From NCBI RefSeq assembly GCF_009914755.1, contig NC_060938.1: a DNA stretch of 64,000 nt; one strand, given 5' to 3'. Of this stretch, positions 44,880 to 59,738 are shown piece by piece; the first letter of the stretch is position 1; the number at the start of each line of letters is the position of its first letter. Source of the DNA: the human T2T-CHM13v2.0 reference genome, Homo sapiens. Position numbers and translations under genes: made by a program. The notes beneath the pieces were generated by a model that ran no database searches, had not been told where the DNA came from, and was given only the letters and a program-made list of their open reading frames with translations.

Positions 44880-45350
44880 TAACCAAGACTGTTTTAATGT
44901 TCCCTCAGCTTAAGTAAACTTTAGACAGGTTTATTCCTAAATATAGATCATTGACTTCCCTTTTATTAAAGCATTTTTCTTGGAAAACTTGCAACTGTAA
45001 ATTCTTTCTCTGCTGATTTGAGATATAAATCTTCTATAACCTATAAATGAATGTCTTTCTAAAAGATCTGGGGGTCATTTATTTAAAATGTAATCATCAA
45101 AAAAGACAGTGGTTTTATATTTCAGTCTCTGTGAGAGGGTAGGAGACTAACTTCAATTCCACTCATGTCTTCCAGTACTTTTCCAATAGCTCACTACAGA
45201 ACTTGAAATTCTTGGGGTTTTTGTTTCTGCAAAGTTCAATCTCATGTTGAGTTTAATCTCAAGTTGAGTTTGCTCTCTCTCCCATATTGCAATAGTCTTG
45301 AATAAAGTCTTGCTTTCCTGTTTAAATAGTCTGATACAGTGAATTCTTTC
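44880..45350 (+). mobile_element. ERV1 (MER4-group) solo LTR, subfamily uncertain
   Basis: ttccctcagcttaagtaaactttagacagg...gaaaacttgcaactgtaaattctttctctg...ttgcaatagtcttgaataaagtc. Confidence 0.65.
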
Positions 45351-45949
45351 ATAGAACATAAATCAGATTTCAAAAAAATGATTTTTGACAAAATATTGAT
45401 GGTAAAGGATTCTGACTCTAGATTTATTTTCAGTTATAATGGCATATTAAAATATGAGAGTCAAATAAAGACACCTTCAATCATGAAAGAACTTTGAGAA
45501 ATTTCATATAGGTCACAACTCATAAAATAAATCATAAGGAGATATTCCAGCAAATCAAAAATTGATACAAGAACAAGAAGACATATAAAGGTAAAAGATA
45601 ATGGTAATAAAGGAATTAATAAAAACAATAGTTAATTCTAAATTATTGATAATATTGGCAAAATATAACCTAAAGGTTAAATAAAATTATAAAACCAGAA
45701 GAAACATAATATAGAAGTATTATTAACAATCTGGAAAAATGTCAGATGATTTTCAACTACGGCTAGAAGATAGTATAGTGGGACATACGTAGACTATTTT
45801 TTTGTCAACTGAGAAATGTGTGTCTGGCTTTATGTAGAGAATATATAATAAGTATATTAAACTGTTTAAAGTTCCAGTTTAACAGAGGAATGACAAGAGA
45901 AGAAAGAAGAATAAATAATCTATAAATAATCAGACAATGAAGCAAAAGA

Positions 45950-46780
45950 GACCAATGAAAAATGATAAAGAAAGCGAAAATACACACCCATAAGAAAAAT
46001 GTTAAACTCAAAAAGCAGATTGACATTGGAAATGAATAGTCAAGCCAGAAGAGTGAATATAAATGTGACTAGATATGCAACATTTTCTTTATCTTCACTA
46101 TTAATGAGGGAAATGCAAATTAAAGCAACTTCCACATTTGGCAAGAAATAAAAATAAATAAATAAAAAGGCACTTCTATGAATTTTGATAGGATCATAAA
46201 TAAGTATAGTTTTGCAAAGCAATTTGGCAGATTCTATCAAAATTTAAAACATGTCTAGTCTTTGTCCCAGCAATTTTCTTTTCAGAAATGTGGTCTACAG
46301 AAATAATTATAGATGTGCACAAAGAGATGTGTGATATAAAGTCTACTACAGCGACTATTACAACAATTGAGAACAACTTAAAGTTTATTAACAGATAAAT
46401 TATTTTATTTTATCTGTAAAATTCACAATATGGGACATAGTACAGCTGCTATAAATAATAAAATGAATCTTTAGATTAATATAAAGTATTATCTATAAGA
46501 TTATATTTTTAAAAGCAGATTTTTAGGACATTTCATATTTGATTCTTATTTGAAAAACATCATATTTGTATGCATACACATATGCATACATTAACACACA
46601 GAAAGAGTACGATTGTTAAATGTAAATACAAATGATGGATATTGTTTAGCACTGGTGAAATTTGTATATTTGGGGAAGGATTAAAGGGCAAGGGATAAAG
46701 GTTAACTATTAGACTACAAGTCTATTTGAATTATTTGAATTGTTTTACAACCCCGGTACTTTTATTACTACAGGATGAAA
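45950..46780 (+). mobile_element. L1ME 3' region (degenerate)
   Basis: agggaaatgcaaattaaagcaac...gcaatttggcag...cccagcaattt. Confidence 0.65.
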
Positions 46781-48459
46781 AAACTGTTTGCACATTAGTA
46801 TATATAATGTAAACAGACCATTTTTGTATATACACAACATAAATGCACACATCCTCTCTCAGAACATGGAAGGCATGTTGATGTTAGATTACTTTATAGT
46901 GGTATTATGTGCTAAGTAACTATTTTATTAGCTTAGAAATTAAAATATTATATACAGCATGTTTTTGAGAAGTTATTTTAAATTACCATACTGAAAAGTT
47001 TTTTGAATATATAACAATTAACAAATACCTTTATAATTGAAAGTATTCTTTAAAATCATTTCTCTCATTCATATCCATTTGATAATGTTTCAAAAATTTG
47101 TTTCTTCTAACTTACTCTTGCTTAATGCTAAACTAGGTATTTTTTTTTCTTAGGGGGATATTGTCATGAATAATTTTGTATTATTTTCTTAGAGTTTTCT
47201 TCTACTTTGTAGGAAGAAGACTCACTATCTGAGCGTTTCTTTAAACATGTTATTAAATACAAACACTTTCTTATATTGGATAAAGGCATTCTTCAGATTA
47301 TACCCTTGACCATTACACACACATACATATCACTTTGTTTTAAATTTTATTTCATTCAAAGAACAAAATTTGTAATTACTGAAATTTTAAAAACATAAAA
47401 TAATGTTTCTTATCCCTCACCTCTGCCTTACTTTGCTGAACACTCGTGTCTTTCATGGGATTTGAGGATGTGGCTCAAAATTTAAAACACGTTTTCCTGG
47501 GCTCTTAACAAAATTCTTATCAGTGATGTCTTTAGCCTTGACAATGAGAAACAACTTGTTTATATCGTCAGCTTTATTGAGAAAAAAAAATTAGGTTCTT
47601 ACCTCTAAGAGGAGACATTCTTGATTTATTATTAAGCAAATCTTTATTTCTCTTTATCCAAAAGCTTTAGGGTCTAATATGCCCTCTTACCAACAGGCCT
47701 ATGAGAATACAGTTCTATGCATTCACTCTCCCTGAAATAAGCCATCTGTAAGGTTCTAGGCAGCCAGCAGCTCATCAACCGGAGTCTGAGGAATTCCAAG
47801 GCAAAAACCATGCAGTTAGAAAATTACGGGTGTGCAGTGCAGATAAAATTTTATTTTCATTCCCAGGGGCTTCTCTCTGTACCTCCTGGAGGACCAAGTT
47901 GTTTTCCTAATTCCGAATAATTTCTACATCCAGCATAGCCATGATTTCTGCCAAATATTCAAAAAATTGTTAAAATAATGCATTTTGTGAGGAAAGTTTT
48001 TCAGGTATAAATGTAAAAGTGAAAATGATTTCTTCATCCTTTTCTAGTGGGAATAATTATTGCATTTGACCTGAGGAATCAAATACTTCTTTTTATTCAT
48101 AAACAAAAATAGATGAATAGAGATACAGTTATGGATGGACAACAATTAGTGCTCAGAATGCTGGCACAGCTAAGGCAGGGAGAAAAGATGGAGCCAAAAA
48201 TGTTGAATTTAGTGAAAATGACCAATCTGAAAGGTGGAAACAGCAGCCCCTGTCTCATTCTGCATTTGGAACAGGCACCCCAGAACAATACAGATTATTT
48301 ATTTGAGAACCTAAAAATATCCCAGAGAAAAAACCCATCTATAGATACTACAATTTTGTGTTGCTACCAATGGAATACAATATTCACAGCCAGCACACCA
48401 CTGAAATACAGGAGACAACTTTGCCTATGTCCACTGAGTTTCCAAACCATTTTTACTAA

Positions 48460-48726
48460 CTCTTTTCTTTTTTCTTTTTTTCTTTTCTTTTCTTTTCTCT
48501 TCTCTTCTCTTCTTTTCTTTTCCCTCTCCTCTTCTCTCCTCTCCTTTTCTCTTCTCTCCTCTTCCCTTTTTTTCTTTTCTTTTCTTTTGACATGGTTTTA
48601 CTCTCATCACCCAGGCTGGACTGCAATGGTGCGATCTCTGCTCACTACAACCTCCACCTCCCAGCTCAAGTGATCCTCCTGTCTCAGCCTCCCAAGTAGG
48701 TGGGACTACAGGAGCATACCACTACG
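48460..48726 (-). mobile_element. AluJ-like right arm only, with expanded CT-rich tail (48460-48587)
   Basis: cccaggctggactgcaatggtgcgatc...gctcaagtgatcctcc; left arm absent. Confidence 0.85.
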
Positions 48727-48734
48727 TTTTTCTT

Positions 48735-49043
48735 TTTCTCTTTTTTTTTAATCATACTTTAAGTTTTAGGGTACATGTGCACAACGTGCAGGTTAGTTAC
48801 ATATGTATACATGTGCCATGTTGGTGTGCTGCACCCATTAAATCATCATTTAACATTAGGTATATCTCCTAATGCTATCCCTCCCCACTCCCCCCACCCC
48901 ACAACAGGCCCCGGTGTGTGATGTTCCCCTTCCTGTGTCCATGTGTTCTCATTGTTCAATTCCCACCTATGAGTGAGAACATGAGGTGTTTGTAGGGACA
49001 TGGATGAAGCTGGAAACCATTATTCTCAGCAAACTATTGCAAG
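48735..49043 (-). mobile_element. Short L1PA2/3 3' end with twin-priming inversion
   Basis: Minus part to 48992, inverted plus part 48989-49043; TSD tac(g/t)tttttctt at 48723 and 49044. Confidence 0.93.
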
Positions 49044-49614
49044 TACTTTTTTCTTAAGTATGAATGAATACTAAATACAGTATCACAACATTTAAAGAAA
49101 GCCTTCATGATGAAAAGAAAGATAAAATTAATAGAGAGAGGGAATTTAGAAGAAACAAAACACAGAAAATAATACAAAAACCAAATCAATTGTAATTAAT
49201 ATTTCAAAGACTAGCAAGAATATATTATTTAAAAACAAATTAAAGAATACTATGTAATAAGACCAAAGAAAAAAAATCAGGATGTGAAGTTTGTGTGTGT
49301 GATAGCAAAAAGAAATAAAAGTTTACCAGAAGTATTAAAAGATAATTTAGAGAATCTCCAGGCAAGCAGAGGAGAGCAACAAAAGGGTAGGAGGAAATAG
49401 AAAAGATGAATAAGGAATAATCTAACAGTCCTATTATTCAACTAATACAAACTTTAAAAAAATTCATAAAAAATGAAGTGAAAGAAAAATGTTTTTAATG
49501 TAAATGTTTCCTAGAAATAAGGGCATGATTTTCTATATTATAAAAACCAACACATGCACACACACAAACACCCAGTAATGTAGATCACTGACGAATTTTG
49601 GAATAAAAGAAGAA

Positions 49615-50080
49615 GTGGTCAATTTCTAAAGATGGCCCTCCAATAAACCATACTTCCAAGTACTTTCTTCCTTGTCTAATCACTATCCCCGCTTTAATTT
49701 GGACTAGTCCTATAAGAAATAGAATGTGGCAACAGTGATGCAGAGAAATTTGCATGGTTGGGTCATAAGAAGCTCTCTAGTTTCTGCCTTAGGACACTTC
49801 TTCCACCATTAGTTTCCATGCAGTGAAACGTCATGGCACAAGGAAAGGCCACAATACATGTAGGCACTCAGGGACAGCCCTATCTAGTACCTCAACTGAT
49901 AATAGCCAGCATCAACTGCAACCCATGAGAATGAGCCATCTTGGACATCCCACCCAGTCACACTTTTGGATGACCTACATCCAACCACTTTTTTTTGCAT
50001 TATCATGAAGGACCACAGGTAAGTTCAGCCAACACACATGATCATGAAGAATAACAATAAATTGTTTTAAGGCACTGAGT
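49615..50080 (+). mobile_element. MLT1F/G/H-like LTR
   Basis: ctaaagatggcc...aatagaatgtggc...gggtcataagaag...gagccatcttggacatcc...aataaattgttttaag. Confidence 0.7.
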
Positions 50081-50714
50081 TAAAACAGGTAAACAGGCAC
50101 AGGACATTTAGAAGAGTGTTGGGACTGGTTAGGACTCAGAATAGTAGCACATTTATTAAAGGCAGCTCCAGAACCTAAAAGGCAATGAGGCAATGGCTTC
50201 AAAATTTTAAGGCAAAACATTTTTATCCTGGAATTTCATATAACTTAAACTATCAACAAATGTGAGGGTTAAAATAAACTATCAAACAAAAACCTGCTTT
50301 AGGCATAAAGGCTTAAAATATTTACTTCTCAAACATGACTGACATTAAAAAGGTATGTATGAGATGCAGGCAAAGGGAAACCCAACCAAGATAATACCGA
50401 AGAGTAGTCTTAACACCAAAACTCGACATCAGAGAATCATCAATTCAAATTAAGCCAGGAAATGGAGGGTATGAAAAGTAAGATATATAAGAAGAGAAAA
50501 GAAAAGAAAGAAAGCTCTAGTAGGTAACCTGAAACATTTGAGGTTTTGGGAAGAGTACTGATGGATTGATGATTGATTTATTAGGATGTTTGAGTATAAC
50601 TAATGGTAGGTTATAAGAACATAGAAAGCAAGATTTATATACTATTAGGTTGTGAATAGGGCTACTGATTCAATAACAAATTGTGATATAAATAATTATG
50701 GGAGAGACAAGAAT

Positions 50715-51003
<289 letters not shown>

Positions 51004-51920
51004 AGAAGAATTTTAATGCAGATGGAATAAGAAAGCTAATCCCCATATTTTGTCTATTGACAGAAAGACAGTAGGTAATATATAAAACTAACAAATCAAT
51101 ATAAAATAATATAATCCTAACAATAGCGATTCAAAGGTAAATAAGAAACATAAACAGAGATAAAAGTGGAAACCTCTGGGCATGCAAGTTGGTGTTGATG
51201 ATGAGATGAACAAGCTTTACTGTTTTGTTATTAAATTTTAAATATTAATTGACTTTTTAAACAGTATCAAAATACCCAGAGAAAAAACCTTTATAAGCAA
51301 ACATCTTTACACTGTTTTATGCTATAAATGCAAATAAATATGCAAAGATACAAACTAATAACCAAACAAAAAAAAAAGTGTATGAGAGATTTCTCCACTT
51401 ACTGAAAGAACAAGAGATAGTATCACACTTCTAAATATTTTCTTACCTGACAGGCAAAAAATAGCAACAGAATGTTGAATTAATTTATATTTACCTGATT
51501 ATTACTGAGTCTGGGCATCTTTACCAATGTTGATTCCCATGTTTTCTCTAGGAAATTTCTTAAATTCCTCTGTCCATTTTCCAATGAGTCACTTGTCTAT
51601 GGGGGAATGCGTGTGAATGCTAGTGTGTGTCTTCCAGGCACTCTATGGCTATAGGCTGCAAAGCTCAACAGTTAACTTGGATTCCCCGTGCATTTTTTTC
51701 CTCCTCAACAGTCATAAAAAATAATGCTCTCAGCTGAATTCTATATTTTCCTAACTTTTTGACTAAGGTCTGTGTTGTTTTTCATTATTTTTATCTCTTT
51801 TCTCCCAGTTACCTGTAAGGCAAATACCTAGTTCAGTTCTCGCAGACTGTTTCAAACACAACCATGTGGCACAGTATCCACAGGAAAAATCACACATAGG
51901 AGAAATTCACACAAAAGCAC

Positions 51921-52176
51921 ATTTTTTTTTTTAATTTTACTTTAAGTTCTGGGATACATATGCAGAACGTGCAGGTTTGTTACATAGGTATACATGTGCC
52001 ATGGTGGTTTGCTGCACCTATCAACCCATCATCTAGGTTTTAAGCCCCGCATGCATTAGGTATTTGTCATAATGCTCTCCCTCCCCTTGCTCCCCACCCC
52101 TGACAGGCCCCAGTGTCCCTGCATGTCCCATCCATGTCCCTACAAAGGAAATGAACTCATTCTTTTTTATGGCTGC
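51921..52176 (-). mobile_element. L1PA7/8 3' end with internal deletion
   Basis: tttaagttctgggatacatatgcagaacgtgcagg...ggttttaagccccgcatgcattagg; jumps to atccatgtccctacaaagg. Confidence 0.88.
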
Positions 52177-52849
52177 TCTTATGATGAGTTTGCATATTGC
52201 CCTGCTTCCATTCTCTATTTGATTCTCTTTTTGGCTGCTTGGTAAGCACAGGGTAAGACCAAGAAGTCCACTCTTTTAAAAACATATCCAGTTTAGGAAT
52301 AGACTATTATATTCTCATTCTTTTAGTTAAGACCTTTTCAGCAAATAATTTTTTTAGCCACATTTGGCTTGGTATGCAAGTGCAAACTTCCCCCTCCCCT
52401 TCCCTATGTGGAATAAGGAGAAATGTCTCTGATCGCAATCTTGTACTCCCCATAGAACCAAGTATAAGATAATTATTTCCTTCTCTTCCCTATGCCGGGG
52501 AACTTCTCATATAGACCCAGGTAGGCGTGTATAGGTTGGTGGTGGGAGGTTTGGTGTTTGTTGATATTAAGTCATAGGAATATAAACATGCTCCTGAATG
52601 TTGCCAGCTTCCTTTAAATTATGTGTATTAGCTATGCTTGTCACTACCATTGGTTCCTATCTTGAGACAGTAAGGCAGGAACAGTTCCATTTAATATCCC
52701 ATTAAGTAAATATTTCAAGTGTTCAAACTGTAGTTTAGAATATGCTAAAACACTTCATTCAAGGATAACTTCTTGGTCAGTATCCTTTCAAAATACTTGG
52801 TCAGTATCCTTTATGCCCTAAAATAAGAATGTGGGTGTTGGTAATATAT

Positions 52850-53200
52850 TTGGTAGTTGTTTCAAGAAGCACAAGTTAGGAGCATGATGCATGAATCAGC
52901 AAAGTAAAAATATGCTATAAAGTGTTCATGAATGTATGATCTACTGCAGTAGGGCTCAGACTCCCTGGAGACTGCCTGCAGAATTGGAGGCATGCACCTC
53001 AGCATTGTCCAACTGAGTAACAAGGACAGAAAAGGTGATATATTAACCTTAACACCATTTCCCATTCCTTAGTAGATGACAGTTGCTCTGAGAGTGTTAA
53101 ATCCCAGCTTCCATTGGGCTACCTTTCTCATGTGTTCAGCAAGCTCTTGAGGCACCAGAGTGCTGAGGCAGAGACAGAAAGGCACAAGCAGTTACAAATA
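52850..53200 (-). mobile_element. LTR16-like ERVL LTR (degenerate)
   Basis: gggctcagactccctggagac...cacctcagcattgtcc...tctgagagtgttaaatccc. Confidence 0.5.
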
Positions 53201-53681
53201 AGAAGTTCTTGGATATCTACAAACTCCCCACCCCAGATGCAGGTGCATTTAGAGGAGGGCTGAGTGGAGTCTCAGTCTTAGCACCGTTGGTGGTGGTAAA
53301 ACTTAAGCACACAGCTCCGTTTTCTGATTCCAAGTCAGGTTGTCTGTATGCTTCCAATCATCTACATTTTAACTACAAGACAAAGAAATGTGGTTTCCAT
53401 AAAAGCCTAAGAAACACAAAAATACTGAAAAATTCCAGTCTTTCTTTGATTTTTGTTCTCTTTTCAAATTTCTTGGTTATGGAAACTTCCTAAGACTGGA
53501 CTATTGTGACAATCTATAGTATTCTGATCCTTTACAAGCAACCTACAAAATTAATGTAAATCAGATGCATATATTTTCTGTTAATTATAAATTATCCCTG
53601 GGTGTTTGAGTTCTTGAGAAGCTGTTGGGAATCTACATTTCTTGATGACTTGTAATTTCTACGGTGTGCCTAATTAGGACT

Positions 53682-54115
53682 TGTCATGTCAGACTCCTAT
53701 TGACTCTAATAGGGATGGCACCGTGTCTGAGAGGCCAAAGAAGAGACTTGGAGATAGCCAACAAGACATATCGTGTTTTAGGGGTACTTACATATAGGGA
53801 CAGTCCAGTGGCAGCTGGCTGGACAGAAGAACCACTACTGTTTGTGAAAAGCATGCAGTTTATATAGAATTTTCACTTAGCTCCCTCCACCTAGCAACCA
53901 CTATCTAACCCAAACAATGAGCCTCTATCTCCTGCATGACCCATGTTTCAAGCAATGGGCCAGGGGTTCAGATGTTCTTCATAGATAAGGAGTGAATCTC
54001 TGGGTTGGCCACTGCTGGATTCTATAACTTGGGACTTCAAACACACATCCTTCTTAGACCCCAGGGTCTTGCAGAGTAAGCTTAAGTTATTGCTGTGAGG
54101 TGCATCTGCCATACA
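53682..54115 (-). mobile_element. LTR47-like ERVL solo LTR
   Basis: Minus strand begins tgtatggcagatgcacctcacagcaataacttaagc and ends tgaca; TSD GGACT/GGAGT. Confidence 0.8.
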
Positions 54116-54839
54116 GGAGTAAGTGAGGTGGAAGACACTAATCAGCGAATGGGATCCTGGGGGTATTTGAAGAATGAGTAAGATATTCTTAACCTTGGAA
54201 ATAGAGTGTGTTTATGACCCAAGTTAAATAACTGATGAGAAAAACTCAGTTTGAAGTTAGATACGGGAAGACAATCTGACATCTTATTTATAAAAAGGAA
54301 ACCTATAGCTAGATTTTTAAATTGTAACATGAGTGGAAATTATTCTACTCAAACTGTGGATAGCAATAGGTAAAATAGGCAAAAGGAGGCTCCTGTCTCA
54401 TAAAGTGGATGAGAAAAAAAAAAAACAAGGCTGAATTATGGGCTAAAGCAAGAGACAATATAAAAGAAAAATAGACCTTTTGTGATTGCGGTAAAGGGAT
54501 AGTGAGATGGATTAAGCAGGAGTATTCCTTAATTTCTTAATTAATTTATTCGTTCAAGACATTAATTGAACAAATGCCACGTGAAGATTCTTTGTCAAAC
54601 AGATCCCGTAGCTGAGGAATCTCTAAGATATGTTTTAAATGCTGCTTAATTAGATTAAACATTTTTTTAATTGCTGCAATTTCTCACATACATAGTTTAT
54701 CTCATGATAAATCTTCATGTCCTTAAAATATTTTTGTTCAAGTAGTTCTAATTTAAAAAAATGAATGAGATAAGAAGAGAGATAATCTAAACTTGCTCTG
54801 CAAAATGATTTTTACATGCATTGTTTATTTTTAACAATA

Positions 54840-55220
54840 GATTCATTCAGTTAAACCAATATCTATTGAATGATCATGATGTTACATACATTGTGCTAAG
54901 CTAAATATTATAGATTTTTTAAAAAGAGTAAATTATTGTGTCTGCCCTTAAAGACCATATAGTGTGAGAGATAGATACAGAGGCAGATTATTTTGATCTA
55001 CTATAATATGCTAAATATAATGATAGAGATCTGCACAGGATGCAGTGAGATCAAGGCACATGGTGAGATGTGTCAAAACAGTATTATTATCCTGTTTTAT
55101 AGGTGGTAAAAATGAAGTTCAATATGCAAGTGACTTAGAGTCACACAAATAATAAATGACTACATTGCAAAGATAGTACAGAAGCCTCAGCTCTTGAAAA
55201 AAAATTAGGTGCTCTTTATT
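54840..55220 (-). mobile_element. L2 then MIR fragments
   Basis: attcattcagttaaaccaatatctattgaatg...ctgcccttaaaga; tattattatcctgttttataggtggtaaaaatgaag. Confidence 0.6.
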
Positions 55221-57845
55221 GGAATAGAAACGTGGTCTTTCTTGGAAAGATTGTTAGTGAAACTGACATGGACCAGAGGAAGTAACAGGAAAACAAGGAA
55301 GCTCCAGTAGAAATTTTGTTGCCATAGCCCTTTGAGTATAGCTTCTTTCTATTTCCTTAGTATTATTTTTATTTCTGCATACAGAAGCTATGGTGGAGGA
55401 AAAGAAGGGGGCATTCTTAGAATCCGTATTTCTAAATGCTATGGATACTTTCTCACCTGACTCATTTCTTTACCATGACTTACATTAAACTGGGACATAG
55501 AAAACAAATGCAGAGAACATCTTTATGTTTCACTCGTACTTTAAATGGTTCAAAGTCTAGCCTTTAGATCTAATGCATCTGAAATTTATTCATTTTATTC
55601 ATATATGTCATTTCCTAAAATATCATGTATATGTAGTAATAAATTAAATATACATTCTATACATGTAATTCGAAATTTAACACATCAAATATCAGAACGC
55701 TGCAGAATATATATTTAGTTGTTTCGTAAGGTATCACAATCTAGATCCTCTTTTATATTTCAGAGATACATAAATATTAATCAGATATAATTCTTTCCAG
55801 TAAACATAGGTAAAATTTGAGTTTTAGATATTGTACACTTGTTTTCTCTTTGCAAAATATTACTAATTGTGAGTCCATGCATAATTACTAGTTAGTATTT
55901 GTCCTTATATTTGCAAAATGCTTTATGAGAAATTTTCATAACCATACATCTCAAATCTATATTCATATAGCAAATGTACATGGTTACATTTATTAGATTC
56001 AATGTTCTCATTTGTACTAGCCTCTAAGATAAAACAAAGTGACATAATTATCAAAAATAAGTAAATTACTAATATATATAATGTTGAATTCCTCAATATC
56101 AAAATGTGACTTTTATTTTTTAAGAAATATTAGAAAATAATATAAAATAATATGTAAGTCTGAAGTATCTTATTTCTTGAAGAAACATTAAGGTAAAATT
56201 GGACAGGTTGATGAAAAATTAATGGTCATTAACATAGGCGACAAGCCTGCATCAGGATTCAAAGAGCTCAAAAACAAATTTTAAGAGGAGATTTATAAAC
56301 TACCTGAACCTTACCTTTTCCACAACCAGTGAAAGGCCAGGCACAATTGACATCCAAATAGCTGATATTGGTAGAAAAATGTGAGGTCTAGAGCTTAATG
56401 AGTCTATATAGTTTAACAGAAAAACTAGGAATGCCTGAGATTGGTGACATGCACAATCATTCACGGTAGAGTGCTGAGACACATTCGAAGCTGTCAATGT
56501 GTCTAAGGAAAAAATTCAGAAATACGAATAAAAGGTCAAAGGATCAGGATTTGATTATTAACTAAGAATCATTATTGGTCCCCTTTTCTAATCGAATTCA
56601 ACATTTTAGTCCATTAACAAAGCGTGACTTAAAATGACTGTGGAGATCATTTGCAAACTAATATGGATTGTTAAACCATGTAACGAGTTTATTTGTTCAA
56701 GACTATTCTAGGAATGACGGATAATCAAAATGAGTGTGTGCTTGTGTGTGGGTAGGACAATGACTCTAAAATGCTGTGAAGAAAGATTTCATGTTTTGAA
56801 TAATATTCATCTATTAAGATAACCTGCATCTATCACTTAATTCATTTTAAAGCTTGATTACATGTTTGTTTTTATACCGAACAGATATCTTAGCAAAGAA
56901 TAGGTGTGAAGCAAAGACTGTCGTTCTTTCAATAAAGCTTTAGAAAGCACTGAAATTAGCACATGCATACCAATTTGTAATGACAAGAAGTATTGGCGAT
57001 GTATTGGTACATTATCTCCGTCCTCAGGGAAATTACAGTCATATAAGGAGATAATATTCATATATTTATAGTGAATAGATAGTATGAAATGATATGTTAA
57101 GGTGAAAATTGTATAGGCTGTACAATTCAGAGATGACCCATGAATTGGTTCAAGTCATTCAAGGAAGACTTTGTAGAGGAGATAGTGTATGAGCAGAGAA
57201 GTTTAGGTGATACACAAATTGTCTGGCAGATTACAATGAAACCTAATTCAGAGAATTATTGCAGGTATGCTTTGGGATAAAATATTCATAGCACCTAGTT
57301 TTCAACAATGCACCATTTTTGTTCTCACTTTTTTTTCAAAGGGTAGCTGGTGATAGCAAAGAAAGTTAATTATATTCATGGAGATTAACACAAAAAATAA
57401 TGGTTAAATGTGAGTTTGTTCAGATCAGTTCATTGTATACCTAAATTACACAGATTAATTAAAAACCATTTAAAAGTCATTTTGCTTACGAGAAGGGTGA
57501 ATAAATACATGAAGTCTTCAATTAAATCTGAAATTAACAAAGATTTACTGATCGAATGAAACCCTCTTCCCTAGGACCAAGCTGAACAGCAAGAGGACAG
57601 AGATATAAGACTAAGTCAAGACGTTTAGTTTAGTGGATGAGATAGTAAAGTAATAAAACAATCAGCTCCTGCTGAAGTTATGGACGGGTCCTCTGTGAAG
57701 ATCTCGGAAGGAATCTAAATTTGACTTAGAGATGAGGAGAATGTGCAAAGCTTCGTTGAGAAGAGGGTATGTAAAATACGCTATAAAGCGTGAGTAGCAC
57801 TTTTAGTTCACTGAAGAATTGTTAAAAAAAAAAAAAACGGAGGGG

Positions 57846-58296
<451 letters not shown>

Positions 58297-59738
58297 TTAG
58301 AGGGGATTATATAACATGGACATTAACAATACTGCTACATCATTAATATTTGTTAAAATCTTTTCAAGATACATTTTAATGGTATTCTTTCAAATGCATT
58401 TTAATGGTATTCTTTCGAATGTATGTTTCTTTTAGCTACATCCAGAAATCTATTCTAATTCATTTCTTATTTGTATTTGTGTTTGTGTGTGTCTATTTGT
58501 GTCCTTGACACACATTACAAAAACATTTGTGTAAATTTATTGTAATAAATTTATTGTAAGGCAAAATTAATTATATAAATGAAAACATGAAATACAAACT
58601 TAGTAGTCTTTAAAAATGTCTGTTTTATAACATATTTATCTGACTCAATTTTATGCATATTAAATTTTTCATGTTTTTATTTAGATATGTTATTATAATA
58701 TCTTCATTAATGTCACTGAGCTCTAAATATAGATTATGATGCTTTTACCACTGAAGAAAAATATTTTGAAATAGTTACCATTTACATAAGATCAAAAGTA
58801 ATATTATCATATCTAATGTAACCTTAAAATTTCTTATATTGCTATTTCACCCATACTTAGTTTTATTTTCCTTGTGTGTTATCTATTCCTCTATCTGCTG
58901 AGGCTCTTTGTTGCAAGACTTCATCAAAGATATTGTTTACCCTGCTAAATACCAAATGGTGATAAAGATACTTGGTTTCCCTGGGAATAACAGTTAGTGC
59001 AGTTTCAGTTTGGGATTTATTCATTTTATCATTAAACTAAATTCACTTACCTAACTGGAAACAAATCCAAAGCAAAGACTCCCTTAATTCTTTCTTCTGA
59101 AGCATCTGATAACTGGTATTATCATAACTCAGGAGCGTAATAGAACCTCCACAATTACAGACGTCTCTGTTTTACTGGAGAACCGGCAAGCATTTTAAAA
59201 ACATATCTATTAAGAGCTACTGTGTCAGGTACAATGAAGTCTATAAACAAGTATAAGCCTGCTCCCTGTCACCAAGACTTTACAAACTCTGAAGAGGTAA
59301 CAAATAAAATAAACTAACAAATAACAGAAAAATAATAAACACAACATTGTACAGTACAGACTACAAAAGGCAGCAAAACATGAGAGAAGGAGGAGTTTTT
59401 AAAGACTCAGATATGGAGAAAACATCTTAAAACATCAATGGACCCTCAAGAGATAATTTAAATGACAAACAGGATTTGATTGGCACAAAAGAATGTGGAA
59501 GCCAACATTGTTTCATGAGGATCTAAGAGCAGTGACAAGGAGGTAGGGAGAGCCGGGTACATGAAGGAACAGCTAGTTCCTAGGAGTGAAGGGTGAACTA
59601 GAACAGTAGGCTTCCTGTTGTAAATAATGTTGAAAACAACACTAAGCAATCAATTTATAATTCATGGCAGTGAAGAAACTTTTACATTCATGAGCAACAA
59701 GGTGGTTTTGAAAAAACATATGTGCAAATATACGTTTA

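Noticed and set aside
48113-48673. 186-aa ORF with a hydrophobic tail
   Set aside because: Runs through a CT low-complexity tract and an antisense Alu; the F/S/L richness is compositional.
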